A stretch of 64,000 bases of DNA from Gammaproteobacteria bacterium (GTDB lineage: Bacteria > Pseudomonadota > Gammaproteobacteria > Eutrophobiales > Eutrophobiaceae): positions 384,001 to 448,000 of the forward strand of contig CBDCTH010000012.1 in assembly GCA_965222155.1 (NCBI GenBank), given 5' to 3'. Positions within the stretch are counted from its first letter, which is position 1. Each line of letters opens with the position of its first letter. The notes under the pieces are model-generated. The model made no database searches and was not told the DNA's origin. It was given only the letters and a program-made list of their open reading frames with translations. Of the stretch, positions 39,692-50,272 are shown piece by piece. The translations under genes and the position numbers were made by a program.

Positions 39692-41347
39692 TTAGTCCAG
39701 GTAAGCAGGCTCCACGGTTACCCAGGATGTATGGATGATTTCGGCCAGTCTGCCCGGCATCTTTGCCATGGCCACCCTGGAAGGCAGCATCATCAGGGTA
39801 TTCGGGTGGATGTAATACACCTCTTCCTGGGTGATCAGGTTTCTCTCAGCGTATACCTCGCCGCCGGCTTTGTTGATATCCACGTTCATGCGGTAGCGGC
39901 TGGCCTGTTTCGTGCCGCTTTGCTGGGCGGCGTATTCGGCGGTTTCAAAGTCAGTGGGCTGGTAATACAGAGACATCTTGCAGTTGTTCTCAACGCTGAA
40001 CTCCAAGGCTTCAACGTTGACCAGCCGCCTGTTGACGGATTTCAGGTCTCCCAGGCTCTGGTAAGCAATGGCGATATGGCAATCAAACCCGGTGATTGTC
40101 GCCAGCATGTCTCCAAGGATATCGGTGGCGAGGAATTTCACCTCGTCTATGCCGATGAACAGGTGGCTGTTGCGCTCACGGCGCCGGTACATACGCGTCG
40201 TGGCCTGTAACAGGCATAACAGGAACACCTGGGTGGCACGTTTGACTACCGGATCGGTGGCAGACGAACGCACGTAGAGGACGGCGTTTTCCCGCAGCAC
40301 GCGCTCTATATCGACCCCCTTGCTGCGTCCCGGCTTCAGCGCGGACAAAGCCAGCATCTCCCGGGTCAGGTTGGTGACGGTGGGTGGGGGTTTCGCCGAG
40401 TCCCTGAGCAGTTTCGGCAAATCGATCAGTTCCTTATTCCACTTGTCGAAAACTGATTCCAGGAATTCCCGCTCACCTATCTTGTAGAAATCCGCAGTGT
40501 CGCCTCTTTCTGCGAGGTTATAGGCCTGCATCAGCCGGGTTTTGATTTCCCGGTCGGTGCCGGTCCTGAACGGCGACCATTTTCCCGGCAATTCACCGTT
40601 GAAATCGACGGTTACCAGTCGCCTGCCGGTTTCTTCGCAGGCTTTTTTCATGATCCCCAATGCGTGCCTGTCCGGCTTCACGTCAAAGAAAACCGTACAA
40701 AACCCCTGGCGTACGGACTGGTCCAGTTGTACGCCGAACAATATACCCTTGCCGGTCTGGGTGGCGCCCACCATCCGCTGGTTCCAGTTTTTCCAGTCTT
40801 CCATTGCGACGTACAGGGGTTTGTCGTCCTGGTGCAATCCGATAAACATTTTCCCGGCCTTGTAGTATTTCCCGGGCCGAAACTTCTTTTCCCGGTAGCG
40901 ATCGGCCTCGGTCCGTATATCGGAAACCTGGTCGCCTCGCTGCGATACCCGCCTGAATATGTACCAGGACGAGAAGCGCGGGTACAGGTAGCGCAGGAAA
41001 ACGATCCGGGTCAGCAGTCCGGCAAGCAGGCCGCCGGTTATCAGTCCCCACATCCTCCCGGCCTGGCTGATGATGACTATGTCCACAATATTATTGGCAG
41101 CCGTGATACTGCCTGTGACGCTTGTCGCCAGGAACCACAGGATTAACGGGAAACCCGGGAACAGAACAAGGAACATGAGCAACAGGAGCCGCCGCGCGTG
41201 CATTAAAAAGTGCTCTCCCGCGGTCAACTCCCTGTCCGATGCGAGCGGGAAGAAGCCGATGACGGTATTCGTGTAAAGAAGGGCGGTAAAACACAGCCAG
41301 AACCAGGGGTCGCTCCAGCTTGCCAGTCGGGACAGCAGATCATCCAT
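39692..41347 (-). CDS. type IV coupling protein (TraD/TraG/VirD4-like)
   Basis: N-terminal TM segments, Walker A VGATQTGKG, FDVKPD, Walker B IGIDEVK, AYQSLGDL, TAEYAAQQSG. Confidence 0.8.
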   Translation of the reverse strand: MDDLLSRLASWSDPWFWLCFTALLYTNTVIGFFPLASDRELTAGEHFLMHARRLLLLMFLVLFPGFPLILWFLATSVTGSITAANNIVDIVIISQAGRMWGLITGGLLAGLLTRIVFLRYLYPRFSSWYIFRRVSQRGDQVSDIRTEADRYREKKFRPGKYYKAGKMFIGLHQDDKPLYVAMEDWKNWNQRMVGATQTGKGILFGVQLDQSVRQGFCTVFFDVKPDRHALGIMKKACEETGRRLVTVDFNGELPGKWSPFRTGTDREIKTRLMQAYNLAERGDTADFYKIGEREFLESVFDKWNKELIDLPKLLRDSAKPPPTVTNLTREMLALSALKPGRSKGVDIERVLRENAVLYVRSSATDPVVKRATQVFLLCLLQATTRMYRRRERNSHLFIGIDEVKFLATDILGDMLATITGFDCHIAIAYQSLGDLKSVNRRLVNVEALEFSVENNCKMSLYYQPTDFETAEYAAQQSGTKQASRYRMNVDINKAGGEVYAERNLITQEEVYYIHPNTLMMLPSRVAMAKMPGRLAEIIHTSWVTVEPAYLD

Positions 41348-41738
41348 ATTCCTTTTAGTCAGCGCAGTGTGAACGCCGACCTCCTCATATTATTTCCATC
41401 ACTTTTGAATACTACCAGAAAATTGGAAAATGAGCAGGGCAAACGCATACTCTGTAACCTTATCGCCCGGGACCCATCGCCATTTCCGTGGAAGCAGGCA
41501 TCCATTCAACAAAACAATTCCTTTAAAACTACATTTTGCCCCCAAAATGGCCCTTTTAAGCTCATTTATAGCCCCGTTTTAGTATTTATACATAATACAA
41601 TCAATGGGTTACCAGGGTTATACTGGTCCGACCCTATCCGCCTATCCGTTATTATGTTAGAATAGTGGGGTAACGGTTCCCGGGCTTTCTGCAGCGGGGG
41701 CTGTCGTGGACAATTACGGATATGGATAAAGGATCATC

Positions 41739-42737
41739 ATGTTAATCGCATTAACCAGCGCTGATTGGGAACTGGTCAGGTTCTACCTCTCGCCCATCCA
41801 ACCCCTGTTGGACAACGACCAGGTGACGAATATCATGGTCAACCGCTATGACGAGGTCTGGGCGGATGACCTGGATCAGGGTATGTATAAAACCGCACTT
41901 TCCTTCCCCGATGACGCTGCCGTTGCCACCCTGATTGAACAGATTGCCAATGCCTTGTCGCAATATTTTGATCCGCTGATAACGCCGATCATCAATGCGC
42001 GCCTGCCTGACGGCAGCCGGGTGTGTGCGACCCTGCCCGCGGCCACGCCCAGTGGTTGTACCTTGTCGATTCGCCTGCACCGGCGCCGCGGTCTGGACCT
42101 GGAACACCTGGTGGAGAGTCATACCATCAATACGGCAATGAGGGACCTGTTGCTGGATGCCGTCGAACGCGGTGACAATCTGCTGGTTTCCGGCGCCACC
42201 AACAGCGGCAAAACCACCCTGTTGAATGCCTTGTCCTTTGCCATTCCAAAGCGTGAGCGGATCGTGGTCTGCGAAGACGTGGCCGAGATCAGGCTCAACG
42301 CCCCGAATGTCGTACAAATGGAGGCGCAAAGACATGATTCCGAGGATACTCCCGCACTTACCCTGGCAACACTTCTCGCGACGTCCCTGCGGCAAAGGCC
42401 CGACCGGATCATCGTCGGAGAGATCAGGGAGCCGGATGCCGCTGAAGTATTCTTCCAGGCGTTGAATACGGGTCATCGCGGTGTGTACACTACATTGCAC
42501 GCGAACGACGCCGGATCGGCACTCAAACGTCTGGTCAGCCTGACCATGGGCCGTTCTACACTGCCGTTCAAGGTTATTGAAGCCGAATACTTGCACAACC
42601 TGGACCTGTTTTTGCACATGGACTACCTGGAAGGCAAGGGGGTGAGGCGGCTGACGGAGATCTGCGTCGTGGAGGCGGGGGAGTTGAAGCCTTGTTTTAA
42701 TTATAACGCTGCTGACGATGCCTGGCGGGAGAAGTGA
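41739..42737 (+). CDS. VirB11/TrbB/CpaF-family secretion ATPase
   Basis: SGATNSGKTT, EDVAE, RQRPDRIIVGEIR, NTGH...TTLHAN. Confidence 0.88.
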   Translation: MLIALTSADWELVRFYLSPIQPLLDNDQVTNIMVNRYDEVWADDLDQGMYKTALSFPDDAAVATLIEQIANALSQYFDPLITPIINARLPDGSRVCATLPAATPSGCTLSIRLHRRRGLDLEHLVESHTINTAMRDLLLDAVERGDNLLVSGATNSGKTTLLNALSFAIPKRERIVVCEDVAEIRLNAPNVVQMEAQRHDSEDTPALTLATLLATSLRQRPDRIIVGEIREPDAAEVFFQALNTGHRGVYTTLHANDAGSALKRLVSLTMGRSTLPFKVIEAEYLHNLDLFLHMDYLEGKGVRRLTEICVVEAGELKPCFNYNAADDAWREK

Positions 42738-42745
42738 ATGGAACA

Positions 42746-42770
42746 GGGGACAGATTTAAAATCTGTCCCC
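42746..42770. repeat. REP-like palindrome
   Basis: ggggacagatttaaaatctgtcccc. Confidence 0.85.
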
Positions 42771-42829
42771 GTCAGCCAATGCGAAATTTTGCATACTATC
42801 CGCCCTGCAGATAACGTTAATTCTTGCCG

Positions 42830-44242
42830 ATGGTAACCGAGAACAAAACAGAAAAGCCCTGGGGTGGCCGGTTTACCGAAGCCACGGATCGGTTCGTGGA
42901 GGAGTTTACCCAATCCGTGTCTTTCGACCAGCGGCTGGCTCCTTATGATATCCGGGGGTCTATCGCCCATATGGCGATGCTGGCGCGCGTCGGCGTTTTG
43001 ACGGAGACCGAGTGTGAACAGATCAGCGGCGGGTTGAACGCCATCCTGGACCAGATTGAAGCAGGAGAGTTCAGCTGGAGGCAGGAACTGGAAGACGTTC
43101 ACATGAATATTGAAGCTGCACTGGTTGATCGGGTCGGTGAGGTCGGAAAAAAAGTGCATACCGGCCGTTCGCGCAATGACCAGGTTGCTACGGATATGCG
43201 CCTGTTCCTGCGCGCGGAAGTAGACAACATAAGGTCGTTATTGCTGCAGAACATGCAGGCGCTGGTAACACTGGCCGAGCAGGAGGCAGCGACCCTCATG
43301 CCGGGGTATACCCACCTGCAGCCGGCGCAGCCGATCACGTTCGGCCACCATATACTGGCCTGGTATGAAATGTTGAAGCGAGACCGGCAACGGCTCGGGG
43401 ATTGCCTGGAACGTATCAACGTACTGCCGCTGGGGGCCGCGGCATTGGCCGGAACGCGTTACCCTATCGACCGATCCTTGACCGCAGGGTTACTGGGGTT
43501 TACCGCCGTGGCGCAAAACTCACTGGACGCCGTGAGTGATCGGGACTTCATCATCGAATTCTGTGCTGCCGCGGCGCTGGTCATGTTGCACTTATCCCGG
43601 TTTTCCGAGGAATTGATCCTGTGGCTGTCGCCGGCTTTCGGCTTCATCGATCTCGACGATGCGTTGTGTACCGGTTCTTCCATCATGCCGCAAAAGAAAA
43701 ACCCGGACGTGGCGGAACTGGTACGCGGCAAGACGGGCCGTGTGTATGGCGACCTGATGGCTATGCTGACTATCATGAAGGGGCAACCACTGGCTTACAA
43801 CCGGGATAATCAGGAGGATAAGGAGTGTTTGTTCGACGCGGTGGATACACTGAAGCTGTGCCTGCATGCATACCTCAAGCTGGTTCCCTCAATACAGGTA
43901 AATCGCAAGGCCATGCTGGCTGCCGCGCAGAAGGGCTATCTGACTGCCACCGACCTGGCGGATTACCTGGCCATGAAAGGGGTGGCGTTCCGGGATGCCC
44001 ATGCCATCGTCGGCAACATCGTGCAGTATGCCATACGGCAGAACCGTGAGCTGGAACGCCTGGAACTTCCTGAATTACAGCAATTCCACGACGGAATTGA
44101 AGCTGACGTTCACGAATATCTGACGTTGCAAGGTTCCATTTCCGCCCGGGATCATTCGGGTGGGACCGCCCCCAACAGGGTCAAGGAGGCCATTGCAGAG
44201 GCGCGCCGGTACCTGGCGACAGTTGCTGCCGATACAGGCTAG
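42830..44242 (+). CDS. argH: argininosuccinate lyase
   Basis: [33 protein letters not shown]. Confidence 0.97.
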   Translation: MVTENKTEKPWGGRFTEATDRFVEEFTQSVSFDQRLAPYDIRGSIAHMAMLARVGVLTETECEQISGGLNAILDQIEAGEFSWRQELEDVHMNIEAALVDRVGEVGKKVHTGRSRNDQVATDMRLFLRAEVDNIRSLLLQNMQALVTLAEQEAATLMPGYTHLQPAQPITFGHHILAWYEMLKRDRQRLGDCLERINVLPLGAAALAGTRYPIDRSLTAGLLGFTAVAQNSLDAVSDRDFIIEFCAAAALVMLHLSRFSEELILWLSPAFGFIDLDDALCTGSSIMPQKKNPDVAELVRGKTGRVYGDLMAMLTIMKGQPLAYNRDNQEDKECLFDAVDTLKLCLHAYLKLVPSIQVNRKAMLAAAQKGYLTATDLADYLAMKGVAFRDAHAIVGNIVQYAIRQNRELERLELPELQQFHDGIEADVHEYLTLQGSISARDHSGGTAPNRVKEAIAEARRYLATVAADTG

Positions 44243-44263
44243 TTTGCCGGATTAACGGGGCCT

Positions 44264-47200
44264 GTGAAGAAGCTGATAAAGCTCTTGTTCTGGCTGGCCG
44301 GCCTGGCCGTTATCGTGATAGCGGTTGCGGTGTTCCTGATCACATCAATCGATCCCAATGAACACAAGGACTGGATTGCGGACAAGTTCCACGAGGAGAC
44401 AGGCCGCAGCATCTCCCTGGATGGGCCTGTTGCCTTAACCTTGTACCCCTGGTTGGGTCTGGAAGCGAGTGAAGTCAGCATCGCCAATACAGGAGAGTTC
44501 GGCGCCGGGCCGTTCGCCAACCTGGATTACATCAAGCTGCGGATCAAGTCACTCCCGTTGTTACGCGCAGAATACGAAGTGGATACGATTGTCGTCAAGG
44601 GCGCTGACATCAACCTGGTCCGGAACGAGCAGGGTGTTGCAAACTGGGATGATTACGACGGTTTGGATGAGGGCGCAGACAACAGGGATGAAGTAAAAAG
44701 AGACAAGCCGATCCTGCCCCTGGCCGCAGTCGCCCTAGGCGGTGTGGCCATAGAAGGCGCCAGGATCACCCTGGACGATCAACAGGCGGCGGCGCGCTAC
44801 GAAGTGTCTGATCTTGATGTGTCGACGGCAGAGCTGAAATACGGTGAACCCGTTGATATCAACATGAGTTTTCGCGGCAGGAGCAGCAGTCCGGAGCTGG
44901 ATGCTACAGTGGCCCTGACCGGAATCATTACCTATGCAACGGATGCGCAACGATTTTCTATTAATCCGCTGGATGTCAATGCCGTGATCAAAGGCAGGAA
45001 CATCCCCGGCGGCAGGACTTCTGCGAAGTTGTCCACTGCTGTCGACGTGAACCTGGATGCGGAAACAGTCACACTCTCCGATTTTACACTCAGCGCCCTG
45101 GACGCCGCGGTCAGGGGCAATCTCAGCGCGCGGCGTATCGAATCGCCCACTCCTGCCGTTGGCGCGACCCTCAACGCGCAAGGTTCGGACCTGGGGTTGT
45201 TGTTCAAGGTGGCCGAGATTGAACCGTTGGCTTCGCAGTTGGCCGGGTTGGCGGATCGGAGTTTCCAGATTAGTGCGACGTTGGATGCGGACTTACAGCG
45301 GGGTGATATTGACCTGTCCGAATTGTCGGCAAACCTGCTCGGCGCGGTCATCAGCGGCGAGGTGAAGGCCCGTAACATCCACTCCGACACGCCCGGTTAC
45401 CAGGGTGAATTGAATGCCGGAGGGCCTGATTTGCCCACCTTGATGCAGGTACTGGGTCAATTACAAGGGGGGCAGGATGCTGCACTGACCGGTTATGGTA
45501 AAAAACTGGCCGCTATTCCGGCAAAGGCATTCCGGCTAACCAGCGTTTTCGATGCCGACCTGAAAAGCGGTGACGTCTACGTGCCGAACCTGTCCCTTGA
45601 AGCACTGGGCATCGAGGCTACGGGCGCCCTGGACGCCAGGAATATGAAGAGCAGGAAAGGGACGGTGGAAGGCAATCTGAATATAAAGGGCAACCGCGTT
45701 GCGGGGTTGCTTAAGGCACTGGACCAGGCTGGGTTGGCCCAGGTGCTGCAATCAGTGGAGCTGGATACCCGCGTGCAGGGGACAAGCGCGGGCATTGCCC
45801 TGGAACCGATGACCCTGCAGGCCGTATTCGCCGGAAAGGATATACCCGGTTCGCCGGCTACAATGACTCTCAATGCCGACACCCGGCTCGACCTGGATCA
45901 GGAGACGCTGGTCTTTGACGGGTTTACCCTGGAGGGACTTGGGCTGGAATCCTCCGGTCACGTCGAGTTCAATAATATCTTCGATGAACTTGGCGCCGGC
46001 GGGAAAGTGGAGGTCCTGCCTTTTAACCTGCGCCGGCTTGCGCAACAACTCAAGCAGGAGCTTCCCGAAACAAAGGACGACAAAACTTTTACCAATGTTT
46101 CCCTGGCCGGACGGTTTGACAGCTCTGCAAACGGTCTGGACCTGGATCAACTGGTTTTGCAGGTGGACGATACGCGCCTGAGCGGTGAGTTCAGGATGAC
46201 CGATGGAAATCCAAAACCTGTTGTGCAGTTCGACTTGAACATGGATAAACTCGACCTCGACCGTTACCTGCAGGACGGATCGAAAAAGAGGCGGGAACCT
46301 GCGCAGTCGGGAAAGAAAGGCAGCAGGATTGCATCCCTTCCCATTGTTGCCGCCGGCACTACGGATATGGAGGGAGACCTGAGGATCGACAGCTTGATTA
46401 TTTCAAACGCGCGCCTGGATGGGTTCAGGTTGCACCTGAAAGCACAAGATGGCGTTCTGCGGGTAGGCCCGGTAGCCGCCAGCCTGTATGAAGGCAGGTT
46501 AACAGCCAGCGTCGACCTGGACGTGAACTCCGCAATCCCCACACTCACCCTCAAATCAGACTTGACGGGTATCCAGGCCGAACCTTTGCTGATGGATATG
46601 AAGAACAAGGCGCACCTGCGCGGCAAGGGTAATTTCACTGCTGCATTGACCGCTGAGGGTGCCAGCATTGCCGCCATGAAGCGTAGCCTGGATGGCCAAA
46701 TGAGCATGAGCTTCACCGAGGGCGCCATTACCGGCTTCAACCTGGGCCGGACGTTGCGCCAGTGGAAACAGTTCAAGAAGGGCAGGATCATCGATCTCGA
46801 GGAAACGGCGGCAACCGATTTTTCTGAATTTACCGGTAATCCCGTAGCAAAAGACGGCATTGTCCGAATGGATGACCTAGTCTTGAAAGCGCCGGCATTT
46901 CGCCTGCAAGGCACAGGCGTACTGGCGAACCTGCACACCGATACCATCGATTACCAGGCCCGGGCGACTGTCGTCAATACTACAAAAGGCGCGGGCGGAA
47001 AAGAACTGGCCGAACTGGAAGGGCTGGAACTGCCCCTCAAGGTCTCCGGCTCGCTGGATAATCCGAAAATAAGGCTTGCCTGGGAAGATATATTGTCCGG
47101 ATTACTGTTGAATAAAGTCTTTGACGTTCTCGATTTATCGCTTCCCGGGACAGGAGATCCCGGCGCTTCGGAAAAGGAGGAGGAAACGGATGGGGACTCC

Positions 47201-47275
47201 GGGTTCGACCCGGTTAAGGAGTTACTGAAAGAGGGCCTGAAAGAGGGTTTGAAGGGGATTTTCAAGAAGAACTGA
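44264..47275 (+). CDS. asmA: AsmA-family protein, long form (1003 aa)
   Basis: N-terminal TM plus IDPNEHK...TGR...YPWLG; C-terminal LPLKVSGSLDNP; synteny with mutY-yggX. Confidence 0.85.
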   Translation: MKKLIKLLFWLAGLAVIVIAVAVFLITSIDPNEHKDWIADKFHEETGRSISLDGPVALTLYPWLGLEASEVSIANTGEFGAGPFANLDYIKLRIKSLPLLRAEYEVDTIVVKGADINLVRNEQGVANWDDYDGLDEGADNRDEVKRDKPILPLAAVALGGVAIEGARITLDDQQAAARYEVSDLDVSTAELKYGEPVDINMSFRGRSSSPELDATVALTGIITYATDAQRFSINPLDVNAVIKGRNIPGGRTSAKLSTAVDVNLDAETVTLSDFTLSALDAAVRGNLSARRIESPTPAVGATLNAQGSDLGLLFKVAEIEPLASQLAGLADRSFQISATLDADLQRGDIDLSELSANLLGAVISGEVKARNIHSDTPGYQGELNAGGPDLPTLMQVLGQLQGGQDAALTGYGKKLAAIPAKAFRLTSVFDADLKSGDVYVPNLSLEALGIEATGALDARNMKSRKGTVEGNLNIKGNRVAGLLKALDQAGLAQVLQSVELDTRVQGTSAGIALEPMTLQAVFAGKDIPGSPATMTLNADTRLDLDQETLVFDGFTLEGLGLESSGHVEFNNIFDELGAGGKVEVLPFNLRRLAQQLKQELPETKDDKTFTNVSLAGRFDSSANGLDLDQLVLQVDDTRLSGEFRMTDGNPKPVVQFDLNMDKLDLDRYLQDGSKKRREPAQSGKKGSRIASLPIVAAGTTDMEGDLRIDSLIISNARLDGFRLHLKAQDGVLRVGPVAASLYEGRLTASVDLDVNSAIPTLTLKSDLTGIQAEPLLMDMKNKAHLRGKGNFTAALTAEGASIAAMKRSLDGQMSMSFTEGAITGFNLGRTLRQWKQFKKGRIIDLEETAATDFSEFTGNPVAKDGIVRMDDLVLKAPAFRLQGTGVLANLHTDTIDYQARATVVNTTKGAGGKELAELEGLELPLKVSGSLDNPKIRLAWEDILSGLLLNKVFDVLDLSLPGTGDPGASEKEEETDGDSGFDPVKELLKEGLKEGLKGIFKKN

Positions 47276-47294
47276 GCACTCATTAATGTGTAAA

Positions 47295-47318
47295 GGGGAC
47301 GGATTTCAAATCCGTCCC
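47295..47318. repeat. REP-like palindrome
   Basis: ggggacggatttcaaatccgtccc. Confidence 0.8.
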
Positions 47319-47639
47319 TCAGCAGTTCCCGCTAACTTCCGGGATCGATGGCATCTTGCCCTCGCCGAGGGCGGGACGCCCTCGATCCCAGGGCAATATC
47401 CCCCCATTTGCACAGAGTAACCTCGATTCGGGACAGAATGGCTGTTGAGACACAAAGTTAGCGGGAATGGCAGTCCGTCCCTATTCGTCATTCCGGCGTC
47501 TGCTCTCTGGCCGTTATTCCTGCAAAAGCAGAGAAGTGGCACAGGGACGTGCCGTCAACTCACCAAAGGACGGAAATTTAGTATAATTACATTCGCCCGA
47601 ACGTTGGCAGATAAAGTAACAACTCATGAAGAAATAACA

Positions 47640-48206
47640 ATGCGACACCTGTTAATCGTTAATCTGATTTTTTTCAGCGTATTGTCAAGCGCCGGAGAGA
47701 TAAAGTCAGCACACGTCGAGCATGAGGGCAACGATTACCGGCTGGACCTCACCGTGCAGGTTGAGGCCGGACAGGAAGGCATCTTGGCGCTCCTGATGGG
47801 CCACGATAATTTTCATGAGCTCAGCGACGCGATGATCGAATCGGCTCTTGTGCAGGACGCGCCCGAGGGTAAGACCCGGCGCCGGCTTGTCGTTGAAACC
47901 TGTATCGTGTTCTTCTGTTTCAGGGTCGTAATGGTCGAGGACCTGGAACAGTTCTCCGATGGCAGAATCCTGGCAAACATGGTCCCGGAAGAAAGTGATT
48001 TCAAATACGGCAGGACAGAATGGCAGATCGAGCCGCTCGGCCCGGGCCGGAGTAAAATCAACTATAGCTCCCAACTCCAGCCTGATTTCTGGATCCCACC
48101 CGCTATCGGCCCGTTTTTTCTGAAACGCAAAATGGTCACGGAAGTGCGGGATAGCGTTCTTAAGATGGAGAGTCTGGCCGCTGGCGCCTACAGCGAGGAG
48201 ACGTGA
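47640..48206 (+). CDS. SRPBCC/START-like exported protein
   Basis: Signal peptide from MRHLL; CIVFFC, SDFKYG..EW, PDFWIPPAIGP. Confidence 0.7.
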   Translation: MRHLLIVNLIFFSVLSSAGEIKSAHVEHEGNDYRLDLTVQVEAGQEGILALLMGHDNFHELSDAMIESALVQDAPEGKTRRRLVVETCIVFFCFRVVMVEDLEQFSDGRILANMVPEESDFKYGRTEWQIEPLGPGRSKINYSSQLQPDFWIPPAIGPFFLKRKMVTEVRDSVLKMESLAAGAYSEET

Positions 48207-48240
48207 TATCCTGACCCCAAATATCAAATATCCTGGCTGA

Positions 48241-49284
48241 ATGCCGATGCCCGAACTTGCCGCCGCATTACTGCCCTGGTTCAGACAGCATGGCCGGCAT
48301 GATCTCCCCTGGCAGCAGGACGCCAGTCCCTATCGCGTCTGGGTATCCGAGATTATGCTGCAACAGACCCAGGTGAAGACCGTAATACCGTATTTCATCC
48401 GCTTTGTTGAACGGTTTCCGGACGCTGTCGCCCTGGCCGATGTTCCCCTGGACCGGGTGCTGCATCTCTGGACGGGGTTGGGATATTATGCCAGGGCGAG
48501 AAATATGCACCGGGCCGCACAGGTTATCTCCCGCGATTTCGCCGGTTGCCTGCCTGATGATGCGGAGGCTTTGATGGCATTGCCCGGCATCGGACGTTCC
48601 ACTGCGGGGGCAATAATGACACTGGGTCATGGCCGTCGCGCCCCCATCCTCGACGGTAACGTAAAACGGGTACTGGCCCGCTTTTATGGAATATACGGAT
48701 GGCCCGGCCATAGGGAGGTAGAGAAGCGCTTGTGGGAACTGGCCGAAAGGGAGACACCGCAATGGGAAACGGCCGCATACACACAGGCTATCATGGACCT
48801 GGGCGCTACGGTCTGTATCCGGTCCAGGCCGCGCTGCGCGGATTGTCCCCTGGCATCAGGTTGCCATGCATTCCGACACGGCGAACAGCAGCTATTGCCG
48901 ACCGGGAGAACAAGGAATTCACTACCGGTGCGTCGTGTGGTATTCGCGATACTGGAAAACGAGCAAGGGGAAATCCTGCTGGAAAAACGTCCCCCAGCCG
49001 GTGTATGGGGAGGGTTATGGAGTTTCCCGGAATACAGCTCCGACACGGAATTGATCGGCTGGATAAAGACCCGCGCTGTCCTGGTATCTGAGGCGCTCAC
49101 CACACTGCCGCAAATCCGCCACAGCTTCAGTCACTTTCACCTGGATATTACCCCGGTCAAAGCCGTAATCCGGGACAAGGCTGATACAATAGGGGATAAT
49201 GAAGTCTACCTCTGGTATGCGCCGGAACACGGGCCGGAAATAGGCATGGCCGCTCCGGTGAAAGCGCTGATGGAGAAAGCATAA
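48241..49284 (+). CDS. mutY: A/G-specific adenine DNA glycosylase
   Basis: WVSEIMLQQTQV, GLGYYARARN, LPGIGRSTAGAI, 4Fe-4S C-x6-C-x2-C-x5-C. Confidence 0.97.
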   Translation: MPMPELAAALLPWFRQHGRHDLPWQQDASPYRVWVSEIMLQQTQVKTVIPYFIRFVERFPDAVALADVPLDRVLHLWTGLGYYARARNMHRAAQVISRDFAGCLPDDAEALMALPGIGRSTAGAIMTLGHGRRAPILDGNVKRVLARFYGIYGWPGHREVEKRLWELAERETPQWETAAYTQAIMDLGATVCIRSRPRCADCPLASGCHAFRHGEQQLLPTGRTRNSLPVRRVVFAILENEQGEILLEKRPPAGVWGGLWSFPEYSSDTELIGWIKTRAVLVSEALTTLPQIRHSFSHFHLDITPVKAVIRDKADTIGDNEVYLWYAPEHGPEIGMAAPVKALMEKA

Positions 49285-49330
49285 CTGACAGAGATATTCT
49301 AACGATACGATACACAGGAGAGAGAACATC

Positions 49331-49603
49331 ATGACACGTACCGTCACCTGCATAAAATTGAACCGGGAAGCAGAAGGACTGGTTGCCCCGCCATACCCCG
49401 GCGAACTGGGGGTGCGCATCTATGAAAACGTGTCGAAGGAAGCATGGCAGATGTGGCTGTCACACCAGACCATGCTGATCAACGAATACCGCCTGACCCC
49501 GTTCGAAGCGAAAGCGCGGGCATTCCTCGAAGAGGAAATGGAGAAATTTTTCTTCGGAGAGGGTTCTGAAAGACCGAAGGAGTTTGTGTCCCCTACCGAA
49601 TAG
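49331..49603 (+). CDS. yggX: Fe(II)-trafficking / oxidative damage protection protein
   Basis: MTRTVTC...[30 protein letters not shown]; follows mutY. Confidence 0.95.
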   Translation: MTRTVTCIKLNREAEGLVAPPYPGELGVRIYENVSKEAWQMWLSHQTMLINEYRLTPFEAKARAFLEEEMEKFFFGEGSERPKEFVSPTE

Positions 49604-49699
49604 CCTGTAACTCCGCAAAAAGCCGGCAGTTTATTTGTTCGCAACACATTCTTGATATTACCGTTTGAAAAACTGTCCTTTATATAGGACAATAAGTTC

Positions 49700-49876
49700 A
49701 TGGATTACGAAGTCAGGTACACGGAGGTATTTGAGGATTGGCTTCGCGGATTACGCGACCTGCGGGCGGCAATGAAAATCACCGCCAGAATCAGACGGAT
49801 GGAGTTGGGCAACTTTGGGGACCACAAATCAGTGGGAGGAGGTGTCTATGAAAACCAAAAAATTCGACGTGATTGA
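49700..49876 (+). pseudogene. truncated RelE-like addiction-module toxin (HI1419 type)
   Basis: MDYEVRYTEVFEDWLRGLRDLRAAMKITARIRRMELGNFGDHKSVGGGVYE, then runs into the antitoxin start; the C-terminal half (LRI..GPGYRVY) is missing. Confidence 0.8.
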
Positions 49877-50123
49877 CTTCCTGGACAGTGATGAGGCAAT
49901 TGTCGGATATCTCAATGCCGTGCTCGAAGATGGCGATGCCGAATTTTTCGTCAAGGTTGTTGGCGACGTTGCCCGCGCAAAAGGTATGATGAAAGTTGCC
50001 CGAGCAACCGGCTTGGGCCGACAAAACCTGTACCGATCGCTATCCAGTGGGGGCAACCCACGCATTAACACATTGTTTAAAGTCCTTGATGCCCTGAACA
50101 TCAGACTCTCCGTCGCTCGATAA
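49848..50123 (+). CDS. addiction-module antidote (HI1420-type HTH antitoxin)
   Basis: FDVIDFLDSDEAIVGYL...VARAKGM..VARATGLGRQNLYRSLS..GNP. Confidence 0.88.
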   Translation: MKTKKFDVIDFLDSDEAIVGYLNAVLEDGDAEFFVKVVGDVARAKGMMKVARATGLGRQNLYRSLSSGGNPRINTLFKVLDALNIRLSVAR

Positions 50124-50272
50124 CGACGTGTAATAGCGCCCACAGTCCTCAGGGATGCAGACAGCCTGGCTGCAGCCGTTATTGAAATCTTTGCTGTGTG
50201 CATGATCACCTTATACATTGGTATAACAGCAAATACTACATGACATCTTAGGTCGTGATTTTCCGTCAGTAA

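Noticed and set aside
38660-42737. Complete ICE or Tad pilus locus
   Set aside because: No integrase, relaxase, VirB4, pilin or tadB/C in the window.
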